This document shows positions 39,568-50,725 of a stretch of DNA of 64,000 bases, piece after piece (within the stretch, counting starts at the first letter, position 1; each line of letters starts with the position of its first letter). Below the pieces are notes generated by a model that saw only the letters and a list, made by a program, of their open reading frames with translations, did not search any database and had not been told where the DNA came from. A program made the translations under genes and the position numbers. The DNA is taken from the NCBI RefSeq assembly GCF_057098645.1, contig NZ_CM169472.1; one strand, given 5' to 3'.

Positions 39568-40311
39568 ATGACCACACCAAATCCACTGGCAAAAACGAAA
39601 GGTGCGGGAACGACGTTCTGGATGTACACCGGCAAGGGCGATGCGTTTGCGAACCCTTTATCGGACACTGACTGGCTGCGTCTTGCGATGGTGAAGGATC
39701 TGCAACCTGGCGAAATGACCGCTGATGCAGAAGATGACACTTATCTCGATGATGAAGATGCAGACTGGAAAACGACAACCCAGGGGCAGAAATCCGTCGG
39801 TGATACTTCGGCGACGCTGGCCTGGCGTCCGGGTGACAGCGGGCAGAAAAAACTGGTTCAGTTGTTCGACTCCGGTGAAGTCTGCGCGTTTCGTATCAAA
39901 TATCCCAACGGCACTGTTGATGTTTTCCGTGGCTGGCTGAGCTCACTGGGTAAAACCATTGCCTCAAAAGACGTGATGACCCGCACAGTGAAAATCAGCG
40001 GTGTGGGGCGTCCGTATCTGGCAGAGGAAGGCACTGAAACAGTGAGCGTTACCGGGCTGACGGTGGCACCGGCATCTGCCAGTGTAAAAGTGGGAGCAAC
40101 CACCACGCTGACCTTTACAGTAAAACCTGACGGAGCCAGTGACAAAGCGATCAGTGTGCATTCGACAGATCCACAGACTGCCACGGTGACCCTGAACGGG
40201 CTTGTGGCCACGGTGAAAGGCGTGAAGCAGGGCAGTGTCAGCATTGTGGGCATGACTTCTGACGGCGATTTTGTGGCAGTGGCTGCGGTGGCTGTCAGCG
40301 CCGCAGGTTAA
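39568..40311 (+). CDS. Major tail protein V (lambda gpV-like, C-terminal Ig-like domain)
   Basis: ...KGAGTTFWMYTGKGDAFANPLSD ... YLDDEDADWKTTTQGQKSVGDTS ... matches lambda V; AAGGAGG RBS before the ATG at 39568. Confidence 0.9.
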   Translation: MTTPNPLAKTKGAGTTFWMYTGKGDAFANPLSDTDWLRLAMVKDLQPGEMTADAEDDTYLDDEDADWKTTTQGQKSVGDTSATLAWRPGDSGQKKLVQLFDSGEVCAFRIKYPNGTVDVFRGWLSSLGKTIASKDVMTRTVKISGVGRPYLAEEGTETVSVTGLTVAPASASVKVGATTTLTFTVKPDGASDKAISVHSTDPQTATVTLNGLVATVKGVKQGSVSIVGMTSDGDFVAVAAVAVSAAG

Positions 40312-40331
40312 CAGGACGATACTCATCATTT

Positions 40332-40356
40332 GCCCCGGTTATCCGGGGCTTTTTTG
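40332..40356 (+). terminator. Intrinsic terminator after V
   Basis: gccccggttatccggggc followed by tttttt. Confidence 0.7.
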
Positions 40357-40371
40357 CAGGTGGAGAACATG

Positions 40372-40758
40372 ATGTTTCTGAAACAGGGCACGTTTAATTA
40401 TGAAAAGCAGTCCGTGGTGCTCAGTGAGCTGTCCGGGCTGCAGAGAATTGAATATCTGGCGTTTGTTCAGCAGCGAACGGCAAAGTTTGATGCCGAAGAG
40501 GGAGAACTGCCGGAGGCTGAACGACAGATTGCTTTTCTGCGGATGGGGATGGATATCAATGCCTGGCTGGTTTCCCGCTCACTGTGGAATGCGGAACAGT
40601 CTCAGGATGTTGAGACGCTTTGCGCATCCGTTATTACAACATGGTCGTATGATGCCCTGGGAGCGGGGGCGGAGATGGTTCTGTCGCTGAGCGGTATGGG
40701 AGCCATTGAGAATGCCGGGGATTTGGAGCATGAGGTGCTGACGCCGGAAAAGTCCTGA
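40372..40758 (+). CDS. Tail assembly chaperone G (lambda gpG-like)
   Basis: MFLKQGTFNYEKQSVVLSELSGLQRIEYLAF... parallels lambda G. Confidence 0.85.
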   Translation: MFLKQGTFNYEKQSVVLSELSGLQRIEYLAFVQQRTAKFDAEEGELPEAERQIAFLRMGMDINAWLVSRSLWNAEQSQDVETLCASVITTWSYDALGAGAEMVLSLSGMGAIENAGDLEHEVLTPEKS

Positions 40759-41096
40759 CGCGGGAAATGCAGTTTGTCATGCGGCTTGCCCGGGAGTTCC
40801 GGCGGGCAGACTGGCGGCGGATGCTGTCGGAAATGTCGGCCACTGAGCTTGGTGAGTGGGGCGATTATTTCCGGATGCAGAGCTTCAGTGATGTCTGGAT
40901 GGATGCGCAGTTTGCCTCGCTGAAGGCATTGATCGTGAGAATGGTGTCCGGCAGCAGTGATGCTGCGGTGGCTGATTTCAGCCTTTTACCGGAAGAGAAC
41001 GGGATACCGGAGCGAACGGACGAAGAACTGATGCATCTTGGAGAAGGTATTTCCGGAGGTGTGCGTTATGGACCAGATAGCCAACCTGGTCATTGA
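40745..41096 (+). CDS. gpT-like segment, expected to be made only as a G-T fusion by programmed -1 frameshift near the end of G
   Basis: Open -1 frame continues from before the G stop (40756..40758) to 41096; candidate slip region ccggaaaag at 40744..40752; exact slip site not resolved. Confidence 0.5.
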
Positions 41097-44000
41097 TTTG
41101 GGGATTGATGCGGCAGAGTTTAAAAATGAAATTCCCCGTATCAAAAACCTTCTGAATGGTGCCGCCAGCGATGCAGAACGGTCTTCTGCCCGTATGCAGC
41201 GTTTTATGGAGCGTCAGACTCAGGCCGCCCGGCAGACAACGCAGGCGGCTTCTTCGGCTGCAACAGCCGCCTCCGTCCATGCGCAGACGGTGGAGAAGAA
41301 CGCACAGGCTCATGAACGCATGGCCCGCGAGGTGGAGAAAACCCGCCAGCGCATGGAGGCGCTGAGCCAGAAAATGCGCGATGAACAGGCGCAGGCCATG
41401 GCTCTGGCGGAGGCTCAGGATAAAGCGGCTGCTGCGTTTTATCGTCAGATTGACAGTGTGAAACAGGCCAGTGCGGGGCTGCAGGAATTACAGCGTATTC
41501 AGCAGCAGATCCGACAGGCCAGAAACAGTGGCGGGATTGGTCAGCAGGATTATCTGGCGCTGATTTCTGAGGTTACGGCGAAAACCCGTGTTCTTACACA
41601 GGCTGAGGAAGAGGCTACCCGACAGAAAGTGGCGTTTATCCGTCAGCTTAAAGAGCAGGCAACCCGCCAGAATCTTTCTTCTTCTGAGTTGCTTCGTGCT
41701 AAGGCTGCCCAGCTGGGGGTAAGCAGTGCTGCAGAAGTGTATATCCGCAAAATGGAGCAGGCAGGAAAAGCCACGCATTCGCTGGGTCTGAAAAGTGCAG
41801 CGGCCCGCCAGGAGATAGGCGTTCTGATAGGTGAACTGGCTCGCGGCAATTTAGGTGCGCTGAGGGGATCCGGGATAACGCTGGCTAACCGTGCCGGATG
41901 GATAGACACACTGATGTCACCGAAAGGCATGATGCTGGGCGGGGTTATTGGCGGTATTGCCGCGGCCGTCTATGGTCTGGGTAAAGCCTGGTATGATGGT
42001 CAGAAGGAGGGGGAAGAATTTAACCGCCAGTTGTCGCTGACGGGGCATTATGCCGGAGTCACTGCCGGGCAGCTGTGGACGCTCAGTCGTGCTATTTCCG
42101 GGAATGGTATTACGCAACATGCTGCAGCCGGTGCGCTGGCTCAGGTGGTGGGGAGTGGTGCATTTCGTGGAAACGATATCGGTATGGTGGCGAGAGCTGC
42201 CGCACAGATGGAGCGATCGGTTGGCCAGTCGGTCAGCGATACCATAAATCAGTTTAAGCGGCTGAAGGATGATCCTGTAAATGCCGCGAAGGCTCTGGAC
42301 AATGAGCTGCATTTTCTTACTGCCACTCAGCTTGAGCAGATACGCGTCCTTGGGGAACAGGGGCGGTCCAGTGATGCGGCACGGATAGCCATGTCTGCAC
42401 TGGCAGAGGAAACCGGTCGGCGTACTGCGGATATTGATAATAACCTCAATGCGCTGGGCAGTACGCTGAAGTATCTGTCTGATTTATGGAGTCGTTTCTG
42501 GGATGCGGCCATGAATATTGGTCGTGAAGACTCGCTGGATGAACAGATTTCCGCTTTACAGGAGAAAGTGTCGCAGGCGAAAAGACTCCCCTGGACGGCA
42601 TCATCTTCTCAGGTTGAGTACGATCAGCAGCGTCTTAACGAGCTTCAGGAGAAAAAACGCCAGAAGGATTTGCAGGATGCAAAAGAGCAGGCAGAGCGGA
42701 ATTATCAGGAGCAACAGAAACGCCGTAATGCTGAAAATGCTGCACTGAACCGGATGAATGAAACGGAAGCAGCACGACATCAGCGTGAAATTGCGCGTAT
42801 TAATGCCATGCAGTACGCCGATCAGGCTGTCAGGGATGCGGCGATACAACGTGAAAATGAACGTTACGAGAAAGCCCTGGCATCCGGTAAGAAAAAAACA
42901 CGCGAACCCCGTAATGATGAGGCCACCCGGTTATTGCTGCAGTACAGTCAGCAACAGGCACAGGTGGAAGGACAGATTGCTGCTGCCAGACAGTCAGCAG
43001 GCATTGCCACGGAAAGGATGACAGAAGCGCATAAACAGCTTCTGGCTCTGCAGCAGCGCATCAGCGACCTGGACGGGAAAAAACTGACGGCAGATGAAAA
43101 GAGTGTGCTGGCCCGTAAAGATGAACTGATTCAGGCACTGACGCTGCTGGATGTAAAACAGCAGGAGCTTCAGAAACAGACGGCACTCAACGAGCTGAAG
43201 AAAAAAACAATTCAGCTGACCAGTCAACTGGCTGAAGAAGAGCGCGCTCAGCGTCAGCAACATGACCTGGATATCGCCACGGTGGGTATGGGTGATCAGC
43301 AGCGGCAGCGATATCAGGTACAACTGAGTCTTCGCCAGAAATACCAGCAACAGCTGGAACAGTTGAGGCGGGATAGTGAGCAGAAAGGAACATATAACAC
43401 GGATGACTACAGAAAGGCCGAGCAGGCGCTGACGGAGAGCCTGAACCGACAACTGAATGAGAATCGCCGTTACTGGCAACAGCTTGAAGTTGTGCAGGGT
43501 AACTGGAAAAACGGAGTCCTGCGTGCATTTCAGGATTTTACCGTGGATGCAGATAATACGGCAGGAACAGCAGAACAGGTGTTCTCGTCAGCCTTCAGCA
43601 ACATGGGAAATGGCCTGGCAACTTTTGTCACTACCGGCAAACTCAATTTCAAATCCTTCACCTCTTCTGTGCTGTCAGATATGGCGAAAATCCTGGCGCA
43701 GGCAACCATGATGAAATCGATAAAAGGGATTGGCAGTGTACTGGGATTTGATCTCAGCAGCCTTTCCCTGAATGCCAATGGGGGGATTTATCAGTCTGCT
43801 GATTTGAGTCGTTACAGTGGCACGGTGGTTAACCGTCCGACGTTTTTTGCTTTTGCAAAAGGCGCGGGTGTGATGGGGGAAGCGGGACCTGAAGCCATTC
43901 TGCCACTGCGTCGTGGTGCTGACGGTAAGCTGGGGGTTGTGGCGGATATTGGTGGTTCAGGTATGGCGATGTTTGCCCCGCAGTACAACATCGAGATCAA

Positions 44001-44133
44001 TAACGATGGCACGAACGGGCAGATAGGTCCGGCTGCCCTGAAGGTGGTTTATGACCTTGGGAAAAAAGCGGCAGCGGACTTTATGCAACAGCAGGCCCGT
44101 GATGGTGGTCGGTTAAGTGGAGCATATCGGTAA
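41068..44133 (+). CDS. Tail tape measure protein (gpH-like)
   Basis: ~1020-aa coiled-coil-rich protein between G-T and M; GGAGG RBS before the ATG at 41068. Confidence 0.88.
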   Translation: MDQIANLVIDLGIDAAEFKNEIPRIKNLLNGAASDAERSSARMQRFMERQTQAARQTTQAASSAATAASVHAQTVEKNAQAHERMAREVEKTRQRMEALSQKMRDEQAQAMALAEAQDKAAAAFYRQIDSVKQASAGLQELQRIQQQIRQARNSGGIGQQDYLALISEVTAKTRVLTQAEEEATRQKVAFIRQLKEQATRQNLSSSELLRAKAAQLGVSSAAEVYIRKMEQAGKATHSLGLKSAAARQEIGVLIGELARGNLGALRGSGITLANRAGWIDTLMSPKGMMLGGVIGGIAAAVYGLGKAWYDGQKEGEEFNRQLSLTGHYAGVTAGQLWTLSRAISGNGITQHAAAGALAQVVGSGAFRGNDIGMVARAAAQMERSVGQSVSDTINQFKRLKDDPVNAAKALDNELHFLTATQLEQIRVLGEQGRSSDAARIAMSALAEETGRRTADIDNNLNALGSTLKYLSDLWSRFWDAAMNIGREDSLDEQISALQEKVSQAKRLPWTASSSQVEYDQQRLNELQEKKRQKDLQDAKEQAERNYQEQQKRRNAENAALNRMNETEAARHQREIARINAMQYADQAVRDAAIQRENERYEKALASGKKKTREPRNDEATRLLLQYSQQQAQVEGQIAAARQSAGIATERMTEAHKQLLALQQRISDLDGKKLTADEKSVLARKDELIQALTLLDVKQQELQKQTALNELKKKTIQLTSQLAEEERAQRQQHDLDIATVGMGDQQRQRYQVQLSLRQKYQQQLEQLRRDSEQKGTYNTDDYRKAEQALTESLNRQLNENRRYWQQLEVVQGNWKNGVLRAFQDFTVDADNTAGTAEQVFSSAFSNMGNGLATFVTTGKLNFKSFTSSVLSDMAKILAQATMMKSIKGIGSVLGFDLSSLSLNANGGIYQSADLSRYSGTVVNRPTFFAFAKGAGVMGEAGPEAILPLRRGADGKLGVVADIGGSGMAMFAPQYNIEINNDGTNGQIGPAALKVVYDLGKKAAADFMQQQARDGGRLSGAYR

Positions 44134-44462
44134 TGGAGACGTTTCACTGGAAAGTGCGCCCGGATATGAATGTGGTATCAGAGCCGAAAGTGGTGACAGT
44201 GAAGCTGGGCGATGGTTATGAACAGCGTCGTGCGGCGGGACTGAATAACCAGTTGTCGACTTACAGCGTGACGATACGTGTTCGTAAATGTGAACACCCA
44301 TCTTTAAAAGCCTTTCTGGAACGGCACGGTGGCGTCCGTGCATTTCAGTGGACGCCACCTTATGACTGGAAACCGATTAGGGTGGTTTGTCGTAAATGGT
44401 CGGCAAGCGTGGGGGCGCTGTGGGTAACCATAACGGCAGATTTTGAACAGGTCGTGGCATAG
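44133..44462 (+). CDS. Minor tail protein M (lambda gpM-like)
   Basis: 109 aa, METFHWKVRPDMNVVSEPKV... Confidence 0.85.
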   Translation: METFHWKVRPDMNVVSEPKVVTVKLGDGYEQRRAAGLNNQLSTYSVTIRVRKCEHPSLKAFLERHGGVRAFQWTPPYDWKPIRVVCRKWSASVGALWVTITADFEQVVA

Positions 44463-44471
44463 GAGGCTCTG

Positions 44472-45170
44472 ATGCAGGATATTCCACAGGAAACACATCA
44501 TGAGACGACACGCCTCACTCAGTCAGCCCAGGTGGTGCTCTGGGAAATCGATCTGACAGAGGTCGGTGGTGAACGTTATTTTTTCTGTAATGAGCAGAAC
44601 GAAAAAGGTGAGCCGGTTACCTGGCAGGGGCGGCAGTATCAGGCATACCCCATTCAGGGGACGGGATTTGAACTGAATGGCAAGGGCAGTGCTGCCCGTC
44701 CGACACTGACGGTTTCTAACCTGCACGGCATGGTCACCGGGATGGCGGAAGACCTGCAGAGTCTGGTCGGCGGAACGGTGGTCAGGCGTAAGGTTTACGC
44801 CCGTTTTCTGGATGCGGTGAACTTCGTCAACGGAAACAGCGACGCCGATCCGGAGCAGGAGGTGATCAGCCGCTGGCGCATCGAGCAGTGCAGCGAACTG
44901 AGTGCGGTCAGTGCCTCCTTTGTGTTGTCCACACCGACGGAAACGGATGGTGCCGTTTTTCCGGGGCGCATCATGCTGGCCAACACCTGCACCTGGACCT
45001 ATCGCAGTGATGAGTGCGGTTATCACGGTCCGGCTGTCGCGGATGAATATGATCAGCCGACGTCCGATATCACGAAGGATAAATGCAGCAAATGCCTGAG
45101 TGGCTGTAAGTTCCGCAATAATGTCGGCAACTTTGGCGGCTTCCTTTCCATTAACAAACTTTCGCAGTAA
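44472..45170 (+). CDS. Minor tail protein L (lambda gpL-like)
   Basis: 232 aa with a C-terminal Cys cluster (CSKCLSGCKF). Confidence 0.85.
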   Translation: MQDIPQETHHETTRLTQSAQVVLWEIDLTEVGGERYFFCNEQNEKGEPVTWQGRQYQAYPIQGTGFELNGKGSAARPTLTVSNLHGMVTGMAEDLQSLVGGTVVRRKVYARFLDAVNFVNGNSDADPEQEVISRWRIEQCSELSAVSASFVLSTPTETDGAVFPGRIMLANTCTWTYRSDECGYHGPAVADEYDQPTSDITKDKCSKCLSGCKFRNNVGNFGGFLSINKLSQ

Positions 45171-45175
45171 ATCCC

Positions 45176-45919
45176 ATGACAGAGACAGAATCAGCGATTC
45201 TGGCGCACGCCCGGCGATGTGCGCCAGCGGAGTCGTGCGGCTTCGTGGTGAGAACGCCGGAAGGGGAAAGATATTTTCCCTGCGTGAATATCTCCGGTGA
45301 GCCGGAGGATTATTTCCGGATGTCGCCGGAGGACTGGCTGCGGGCAGAGATGCAGGGTGAGATTGTGGCGCTGGTCCACAGCCACCCCGGTGGCCTGCCC
45401 TGGCTGAGTGAGGCTGACCGGCGGCTGCAGGTGCAGAGTGATTTGCCATGGTGGCTGGTCTGCCGGGGGGCGATTCATAAATTCCGCTGTGTGCCGCATC
45501 TTACCGGGCGGCGCTTTGAGCACGGGGTGACGGATTGTTACACGCTGTTCCGGGACGCTTACCATCTGGCGGGGATTGAGATGCCGGATTTTCATCGTGA
45601 GGATGACTGGTGGCGTAACGGCCAGAATCTCTATCTGGATAATCTGGAGGCCACAGGACTGTATCAGGTGCCGTTGTCATCAGCACAACCGGGTGATGTG
45701 CTGCTGTGCTGTTTTGGTTCATCGGTGCCGAATCATGCCGCCATTTACTGTGGTGACGGCGAGCTGCTGCACCATATTCCTGAACAACTGAGCAAACGAG
45801 AGAGGTATACAGACAAATGGCAGCGACGCACACACTCCCTCTGGCGTCACCGGGCATGGCACGCATCTGCCTTTACGGGGATTTACAACGATTTGGCCGC
45901 CGCATCGACCTTCGTGTGA
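45176..45919 (+). CDS. Tail assembly protein K (lambda gpK-like, JAB/MPN plus NlpC/P60 domains)
   Basis: JAB-like HSHPGG motif and an NlpC/P60-like Cys/His region. Confidence 0.85.
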   Translation: MTETESAILAHARRCAPAESCGFVVRTPEGERYFPCVNISGEPEDYFRMSPEDWLRAEMQGEIVALVHSHPGGLPWLSEADRRLQVQSDLPWWLVCRGAIHKFRCVPHLTGRRFEHGVTDCYTLFRDAYHLAGIEMPDFHREDDWWRNGQNLYLDNLEATGLYQVPLSSAQPGDVLLCCFGSSVPNHAAIYCGDGELLHHIPEQLSKRERYTDKWQRRTHSLWRHRAWHASAFTGIYNDLAAASTFV

Positions 45920-46458
45920 AAACGGGGGCTGAAGCCATCCGCGCACTGGCCACACAGCTCCCGGCGTTTCGTCAGAAACTGAGCGACGGCTGGTATCAGG
46001 TACGGATTGCCGGGCGTGATGCAGGCGAAAATGAATTATCAGCCCGTCTTAATGAACCGCTGGCAAATGGTGCTGTGATCCATATCGTGCCGCGTCTGGC
46101 AGGAGCCAAAAGTGGCGGTGTGTTTCAGGCTGTGCTGGGGGCGGCTGTTATGGCGGTTGCTATATGGATGCCGGGGGTAGGAATTATGGCGAGTAATCTG
46201 CTGTTTTCTCTCGGTGCCAGTATGACGCTTGGCGGTGTTGCACAGATGCTGGCCCCTAAACCCAAAACCCCCCGCACACAGACAACGGATAACGGCAAAC
46301 AGAACACCTATTTTTCTTCACTGGATAATATGGTTGCCCAGGGCAATGTCCTGCCCGTTCTGTACGGTGAAATGCGTGTGGGGTCGCGGGTGGTATCTCA
46401 GGAGATCAGCACGGCAGATGAAGGTGATGGTGGTCAGGTTGTGGTGATTGGTCGCTGA
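45817..46458 (+). CDS. Tail assembly protein I (lambda gpI-like)
   Basis: MAATHTLPLASPGMARICLYGDLQRFGRRIDLRVKTGAEAIRALATQLPAFRQKLSDGWYQVRIAGRD... near-identical to remembered lambda I; overlaps the K 3' end. Confidence 0.88.
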   Translation: MAATHTLPLASPGMARICLYGDLQRFGRRIDLRVKTGAEAIRALATQLPAFRQKLSDGWYQVRIAGRDAGENELSARLNEPLANGAVIHIVPRLAGAKSGGVFQAVLGAAVMAVAIWMPGVGIMASNLLFSLGASMTLGGVAQMLAPKPKTPRTQTTDNGKQNTYFSSLDNMVAQGNVLPVLYGEMRVGSRVVSQEISTADEGDGGQVVVIGR

Positions 46459-46518
46459 TGAAAAATGTTTTATGTGAAACCGCCTGCGGGCGGTTTTGTC
46501 GTTTATGGAGCGTGACGA

Positions 46519-49500
46519 ATGGGTAAAGGCAGCAGTAAGGGGCATACCCCGCGCGAAGCGAAGGACAACCTGAAATCCACGCAGTTGCTGAGTGTGATTG
46601 ATGCCATCAGTGAAGGGCCGGTTGAAGGTCCGGTGGATGGATTAAAAAGCGTGCTGCTGAACAGTACGCCGGTGCTGGACAGTGAGGGGAATACCAACAT
46701 CGCCGGTGTCACGGTGGTGTTCCGGGCTGGTGAGCAGGAGCAGACTCCGCCGGAGGGATTTGAATCCTCCGGCTCCGAGACGGTGCTGGGTACGGAAGTG
46801 AAATACGACACGCCGATCACCCGCACCATCACGTCGGCAAACATCGACCGTCTGCGCTTTACCTTCGGTGTACAGGCACTGGTGGAAACCACCTCAAAGG
46901 GTGACAGGAATCCGTCGGAAGTCCGTCTGCTGGTTCAGATACAACGTAACGGTGGCTGGGTGACGGAAAAAGACATCACCATTAAGGGCAAAACCACCTC
47001 GCAGTATCTGGCCTCGGTGGTGGTGGGTAGCCTGCCGCCGCGCCCGTTTAATATCCGGATGCGCAGGATGACGCCGGACAGCACCACAGACCAGCTGCAG
47101 AACAAAACGCTCTGGTCGTCATACACCGAAATCATCGATGTGAAACAGTGCTACCCGAACACGGCACTGGTCGGCGTGCAGGTGGACTCGGAGCAGTTCG
47201 GCAGCCAGCAGGTGAGCCGTAATTATCATCTTCGCGGGCGCATTCTGCAGGTGCCGTCGAACTATAACCCGCAGACGCGGCAATACAGCGGTATCTGGGA
47301 CGGAACGTTAAAGCCAGCATACAGCAACAACATGGCCTGGTGTCTGTGGGATATGCTGACCCACCCGCGCTACGGCATGGGGAAACGTCTTGGTGCGGCG
47401 GATGTGGACAAATGGGCGCTGTATGTCATCGGCCAGTATTGCGACCAGTCGGTGCCGGACGGTTTTGGCGGCACGGAGTCGCGCATCACCTGTAACGCTT
47501 ACCTGACCACACAGCGTAAGGCGTGGGATGTTCTCAGTGATTTCTGCTCGGCGATGCGCTGTATGCCGGTATGGAACGGGCAGACGCTGACGTTCGTGCA
47601 GGACCGACCGTCGGATAAGGTGTGGACCTATAACCGCAGTAATGTGGTGATGCCGGATGATGGCGCGCCGTTCCGCTACAGTTTCAGCGCCCTGAAGGAC
47701 CGCCATAATGCCGTTGAGGTGAACTGGATTGACCCGAATAACGGCTGGGAGACGGCGACAGAGCTTGTGGAGGACACGCAGGCCATTCTCCGTTACGGTC
47801 GTAACGTCACGAAGATGGATGCCTTTGGCTGTACCAGCCGGGGGCAGGCACACCGCGCCGGGCTGTGGCTGATTAAAACGGAGCTGCTGGAAACGCAGAC
47901 TGTGGACTTCAGCGTGGGCGCAGAAGGGCTTCGCCATGTACCGGGCGATGTCATTGAAATCTGCGATGATGACTATGCGGGTATCAGCGTCGGCGGGCGC
48001 GTGCTTGCGGTAAACAGCCAGACCCGGACACTGACGCTCGACCGTGAAATCATGCTGCCATCCTCCGGAACCACGCTGATAAGCCTGGTTGACGGAAATG
48101 GCAATCCGGTCAGCGTGGAGGTCCAGTCCGTCACCGACGGCGTGAAGGTGAAAGTGAGCCGTGTTCCTGACGGCGTTGCCGAATACAGCGTGTGGGGGCT
48201 GAAGCTGCCGACGCTGCGCCAGCGCCTGTTCCGCTGCGTGAGTATCCGTGAGAACGATGACGGCACGTATGCCATCACCGCCGTGCAGCATGTACCGGAG
48301 AAAGAAGCCATCGTGGATAACGGGGCGCACTTTGACGGTGACCAGAGCGGCACGGTGAATGGTGTCACGCCGCCAGCAGTGCAGCACCTGACCGCCGAAG
48401 TCACTGCAGACAGCGGGGAATATCAGGTGCTGGCGCGATGGGACACACCGAAGGTGGTGAAGGGCGTGAGCTTCCTGCTCCGTCTGACCGTAACAGCGGA
48501 TGACGGCAGTGAGCGGCTGGTCAGCACGGCCCGGACGACGGAAACCACTTACCGCTTCACACAACTGGCGCTGGGGAACTACAGGCTGACAGTCCGGGCA
48601 GTAAATGCGTGGGGGCAGCAGGGCGATCCGGCGTCGGTATCGTTCCGGATTGCCGCACCGGCAGCGCCGTCGCGGATTGAGCTGACGCCGGGCTATTTTC
48701 AGATAACCGCCACGCCGCATCTTGCGGTTTATGATCCGACGGTACAGTTTGAGTTCTGGTTCTCGGAAAAGCGGATTGCGGATATCAGGCAGGTTGAAAC
48801 CACAGCACGCTATCTTGGCACGGCGCTGTACTGGATAGCCGCCAGTATCAATATCAAACCGGGCCATGATTATTACTTTTATATCCGCAGTGTGAACACC
48901 GTTGGCAAATCGGCATTCGTGGAGGCTGTTGGTCAGCCGAGTGATGATGCATCCGGTTATCTGGATTTTTTCAAAGGCGAGATAGGGAAAACCCATCTGG
49001 CTCAGGAGCTGTGGACGCAGATTGATAACGGTCAGCTTGCGCCTGACCTGGCTGAAATCAGGACGTCCATTACGGATGTCAGCAATGAAATCACGCAGAC
49101 CGTCAATAAGAAACTGGAAGACCAGAGTGCTGCAATTCAGCAGATACAGAAGGTTCAGGTTGATACAAATAATAACCTGAACAGCATGTGGGCTGTGAAG
49201 CTGCAGCAGATGCAGGACGGACGCCTTTATATCGCGGGTATTGGTGCCGGTATTGAGAATACCCCTGACGGCATGCAGAGTCAGGTGCTGCTGGCGGCGG
49301 ACAGGATTGCGATGGTTAATCCTGCGAATGGCAACACAAAACCGATGTTTGTTGGTCAGGGCGATCAGATATTCATGAACGACGTGTTCCTGAAACGCCT
49401 GACGGCTCCCACCATTACCAGCGGTGGAAATCCGCCGGCATTTTCCCTGACACCAGACGGAAAGCTGACCGCTAAAAATGCGGATATCAGCGGTAATGTG

Positions 49501-50001
49501 AATGCAAATTCAGGGACGCTCAACAATGTCACGATTAATGAAAACTGTCAGATTAAGGGGAAACTGTCAGCCAATCAGATTGAAGGCGATATTGTCAAAA
49601 CGGTCAGCAAGTCTTTCCCCTGCACGAACAGTTATGCCAGTGGCACCATCACGGTAAGAATCAGTGATGATCAGAAATTTGACCGGCAGGTCATGATACC
49701 GCCAGTGTTATTCCGCGGTGGTAAGCATGAGAATTTCAACAGTAATAACCAACAGTCATACTGGTATTCAACCTGCCGGTTAAGAGTGACCCGCAATGGT
49801 CAGGAGATTTTTAAGCAGTCCACGACGGATGCTCAGGGCGTATTTTCCTCAGTTATAGATATGCCTGCCGGACAGGGGACGCTGACACTGACATTCACCG
49901 TATCTTCATCAGGAGCGAATAACTGGACACCAACAACCAGTATCAGCGATCTGCTGGTTGTGGTGATGAAAAAATCCACAGCAGGTATCAGTATCAGCTG
50001 A
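46519..50001 (+). CDS. Central tail fiber / host specificity protein J (lambda gpJ-like)
   Basis: 1160-aa ORF following I; size, position and fibronectin-like repeats. Confidence 0.9.
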   Translation: MGKGSSKGHTPREAKDNLKSTQLLSVIDAISEGPVEGPVDGLKSVLLNSTPVLDSEGNTNIAGVTVVFRAGEQEQTPPEGFESSGSETVLGTEVKYDTPITRTITSANIDRLRFTFGVQALVETTSKGDRNPSEVRLLVQIQRNGGWVTEKDITIKGKTTSQYLASVVVGSLPPRPFNIRMRRMTPDSTTDQLQNKTLWSSYTEIIDVKQCYPNTALVGVQVDSEQFGSQQVSRNYHLRGRILQVPSNYNPQTRQYSGIWDGTLKPAYSNNMAWCLWDMLTHPRYGMGKRLGAADVDKWALYVIGQYCDQSVPDGFGGTESRITCNAYLTTQRKAWDVLSDFCSAMRCMPVWNGQTLTFVQDRPSDKVWTYNRSNVVMPDDGAPFRYSFSALKDRHNAVEVNWIDPNNGWETATELVEDTQAILRYGRNVTKMDAFGCTSRGQAHRAGLWLIKTELLETQTVDFSVGAEGLRHVPGDVIEICDDDYAGISVGGRVLAVNSQTRTLTLDREIMLPSSGTTLISLVDGNGNPVSVEVQSVTDGVKVKVSRVPDGVAEYSVWGLKLPTLRQRLFRCVSIRENDDGTYAITAVQHVPEKEAIVDNGAHFDGDQSGTVNGVTPPAVQHLTAEVTADSGEYQVLARWDTPKVVKGVSFLLRLTVTADDGSERLVSTARTTETTYRFTQLALGNYRLTVRAVNAWGQQGDPASVSFRIAAPAAPSRIELTPGYFQITATPHLAVYDPTVQFEFWFSEKRIADIRQVETTARYLGTALYWIAASINIKPGHDYYFYIRSVNTVGKSAFVEAVGQPSDDASGYLDFFKGEIGKTHLAQELWTQIDNGQLAPDLAEIRTSITDVSNEITQTVNKKLEDQSAAIQQIQKVQVDTNNNLNSMWAVKLQQMQDGRLYIAGIGAGIENTPDGMQSQVLLAADRIAMVNPANGNTKPMFVGQGDQIFMNDVFLKRLTAPTITSGGNPPAFSLTPDGKLTAKNADISGNVNANSGTLNNVTINENCQIKGKLSANQIEGDIVKTVSKSFPCTNSYASGTITVRISDDQKFDRQVMIPPVLFRGGKHENFNSNNQQSYWYSTCRLRVTRNGQEIFKQSTTDAQGVFSSVIDMPAGQGTLTLTFTVSSSGANNWTPTTSISDLLVVVMKKSTAGISIS

Positions 50002-50018
50002 ATTTTATAACCCAGAAC

Positions 50019-50043
50019 GGGCGTCAGAAATGACGCCTTTTTT
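50019..50043 (+). terminator. Intrinsic terminator after J
   Basis: ggcgtcagaaatgacgcc followed by ttttttatt. Confidence 0.7.
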
Positions 50044-50067
50044 ATTGCAGAAAAGCGAGAGGTAATT

Positions 50068-50667
50068 ATGCGTAAACTTTATGCCGCCATTTTGTCCGCA
50101 GCCATTTGTCTGGCCGTATCCGGTGCGCCTGCATGGGCGTCTGAACATCAGTCCACGCTGAGCGCGGGGTATCTTCATGCCCGGACGAACGTTCCCGGCG
50201 GTGATGATCTGAACGGGATTAACGTGAAATACCGTTATGAGTTTACGGACACACTGGGGATGGTGACGTCGTTCAGCTATGCAGGAGACAAGAATCGCCA
50301 GATTACCCGTTACAGCGATACCCGCTGGCATGAAGATTCCATTCGTAACCGCTGGTTCAGCGTAATGGCGGGGCCGTCTGTGCGCGTGAATGAATGGTTC
50401 AGCGCGTATGCGATGGCGGGTGTGGCTTACAGCCGTGTGTCGACTTTCTCCGGGGATTATCTCCGCGTAACTGACAACAAGGGGAAAAAGCACGATGTGC
50501 TGACCGGAAGTGATGACGGTCGCCACAGCAACACGTCTCTGGCGTGGGGAGCTGGCGTGCAGTTTAACCCGACCGAATCCGTGGCCATTGATGTCGCTTA
50601 TGAAGGCTCCGGCAGTGGTGACTGGCGCACTGACGGTTTCATCGTGGGTGTCGGTTATAAATTCTGA
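50068..50667 (+). CDS. lom: Lom outer-membrane beta-barrel protein (Ail/Lom family moron)
   Basis: Signal peptide and beta-barrel ending ...GVGYKF; position after J as in lambda. Confidence 0.88.
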   Translation: MRKLYAAILSAAICLAVSGAPAWASEHQSTLSAGYLHARTNVPGGDDLNGINVKYRYEFTDTLGMVTSFSYAGDKNRQITRYSDTRWHEDSIRNRWFSVMAGPSVRVNEWFSAYAMAGVAYSRVSTFSGDYLRVTDNKGKKHDVLTGSDDGRHSNTSLAWGAGVQFNPTESVAIDVAYEGSGSGDWRTDGFIVGVGYKF

Positions 50668-50695
50668 TTAGCCAGGTAACACAGTGTTATGACAG

Positions 50696-50720
50696 CCCGC
50701 CGGTTCAGGCGGGCTTTTTT
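50696..50720 (+). terminator. Intrinsic terminator after lom
   Basis: gcccgccggttcaggcgggc followed by tttttt. Confidence 0.7.
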
Positions 50721-50725
50721 GTGGG

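Noticed and set aside
44523-45449. 308-aa ORF antisense to the L and K tail genes
   Set aside because: Overlaps two recognisable lambda-like genes on the opposite strand; low-complexity Ala/Pro/Arg-rich product.
47308-48996. 562-aa ORF antisense to the J tail fiber gene
   Set aside because: Entirely inside the well-supported J gene on the opposite strand; Arg/Pro/His-rich composition typical of antisense translation of GC-rich coding DNA.
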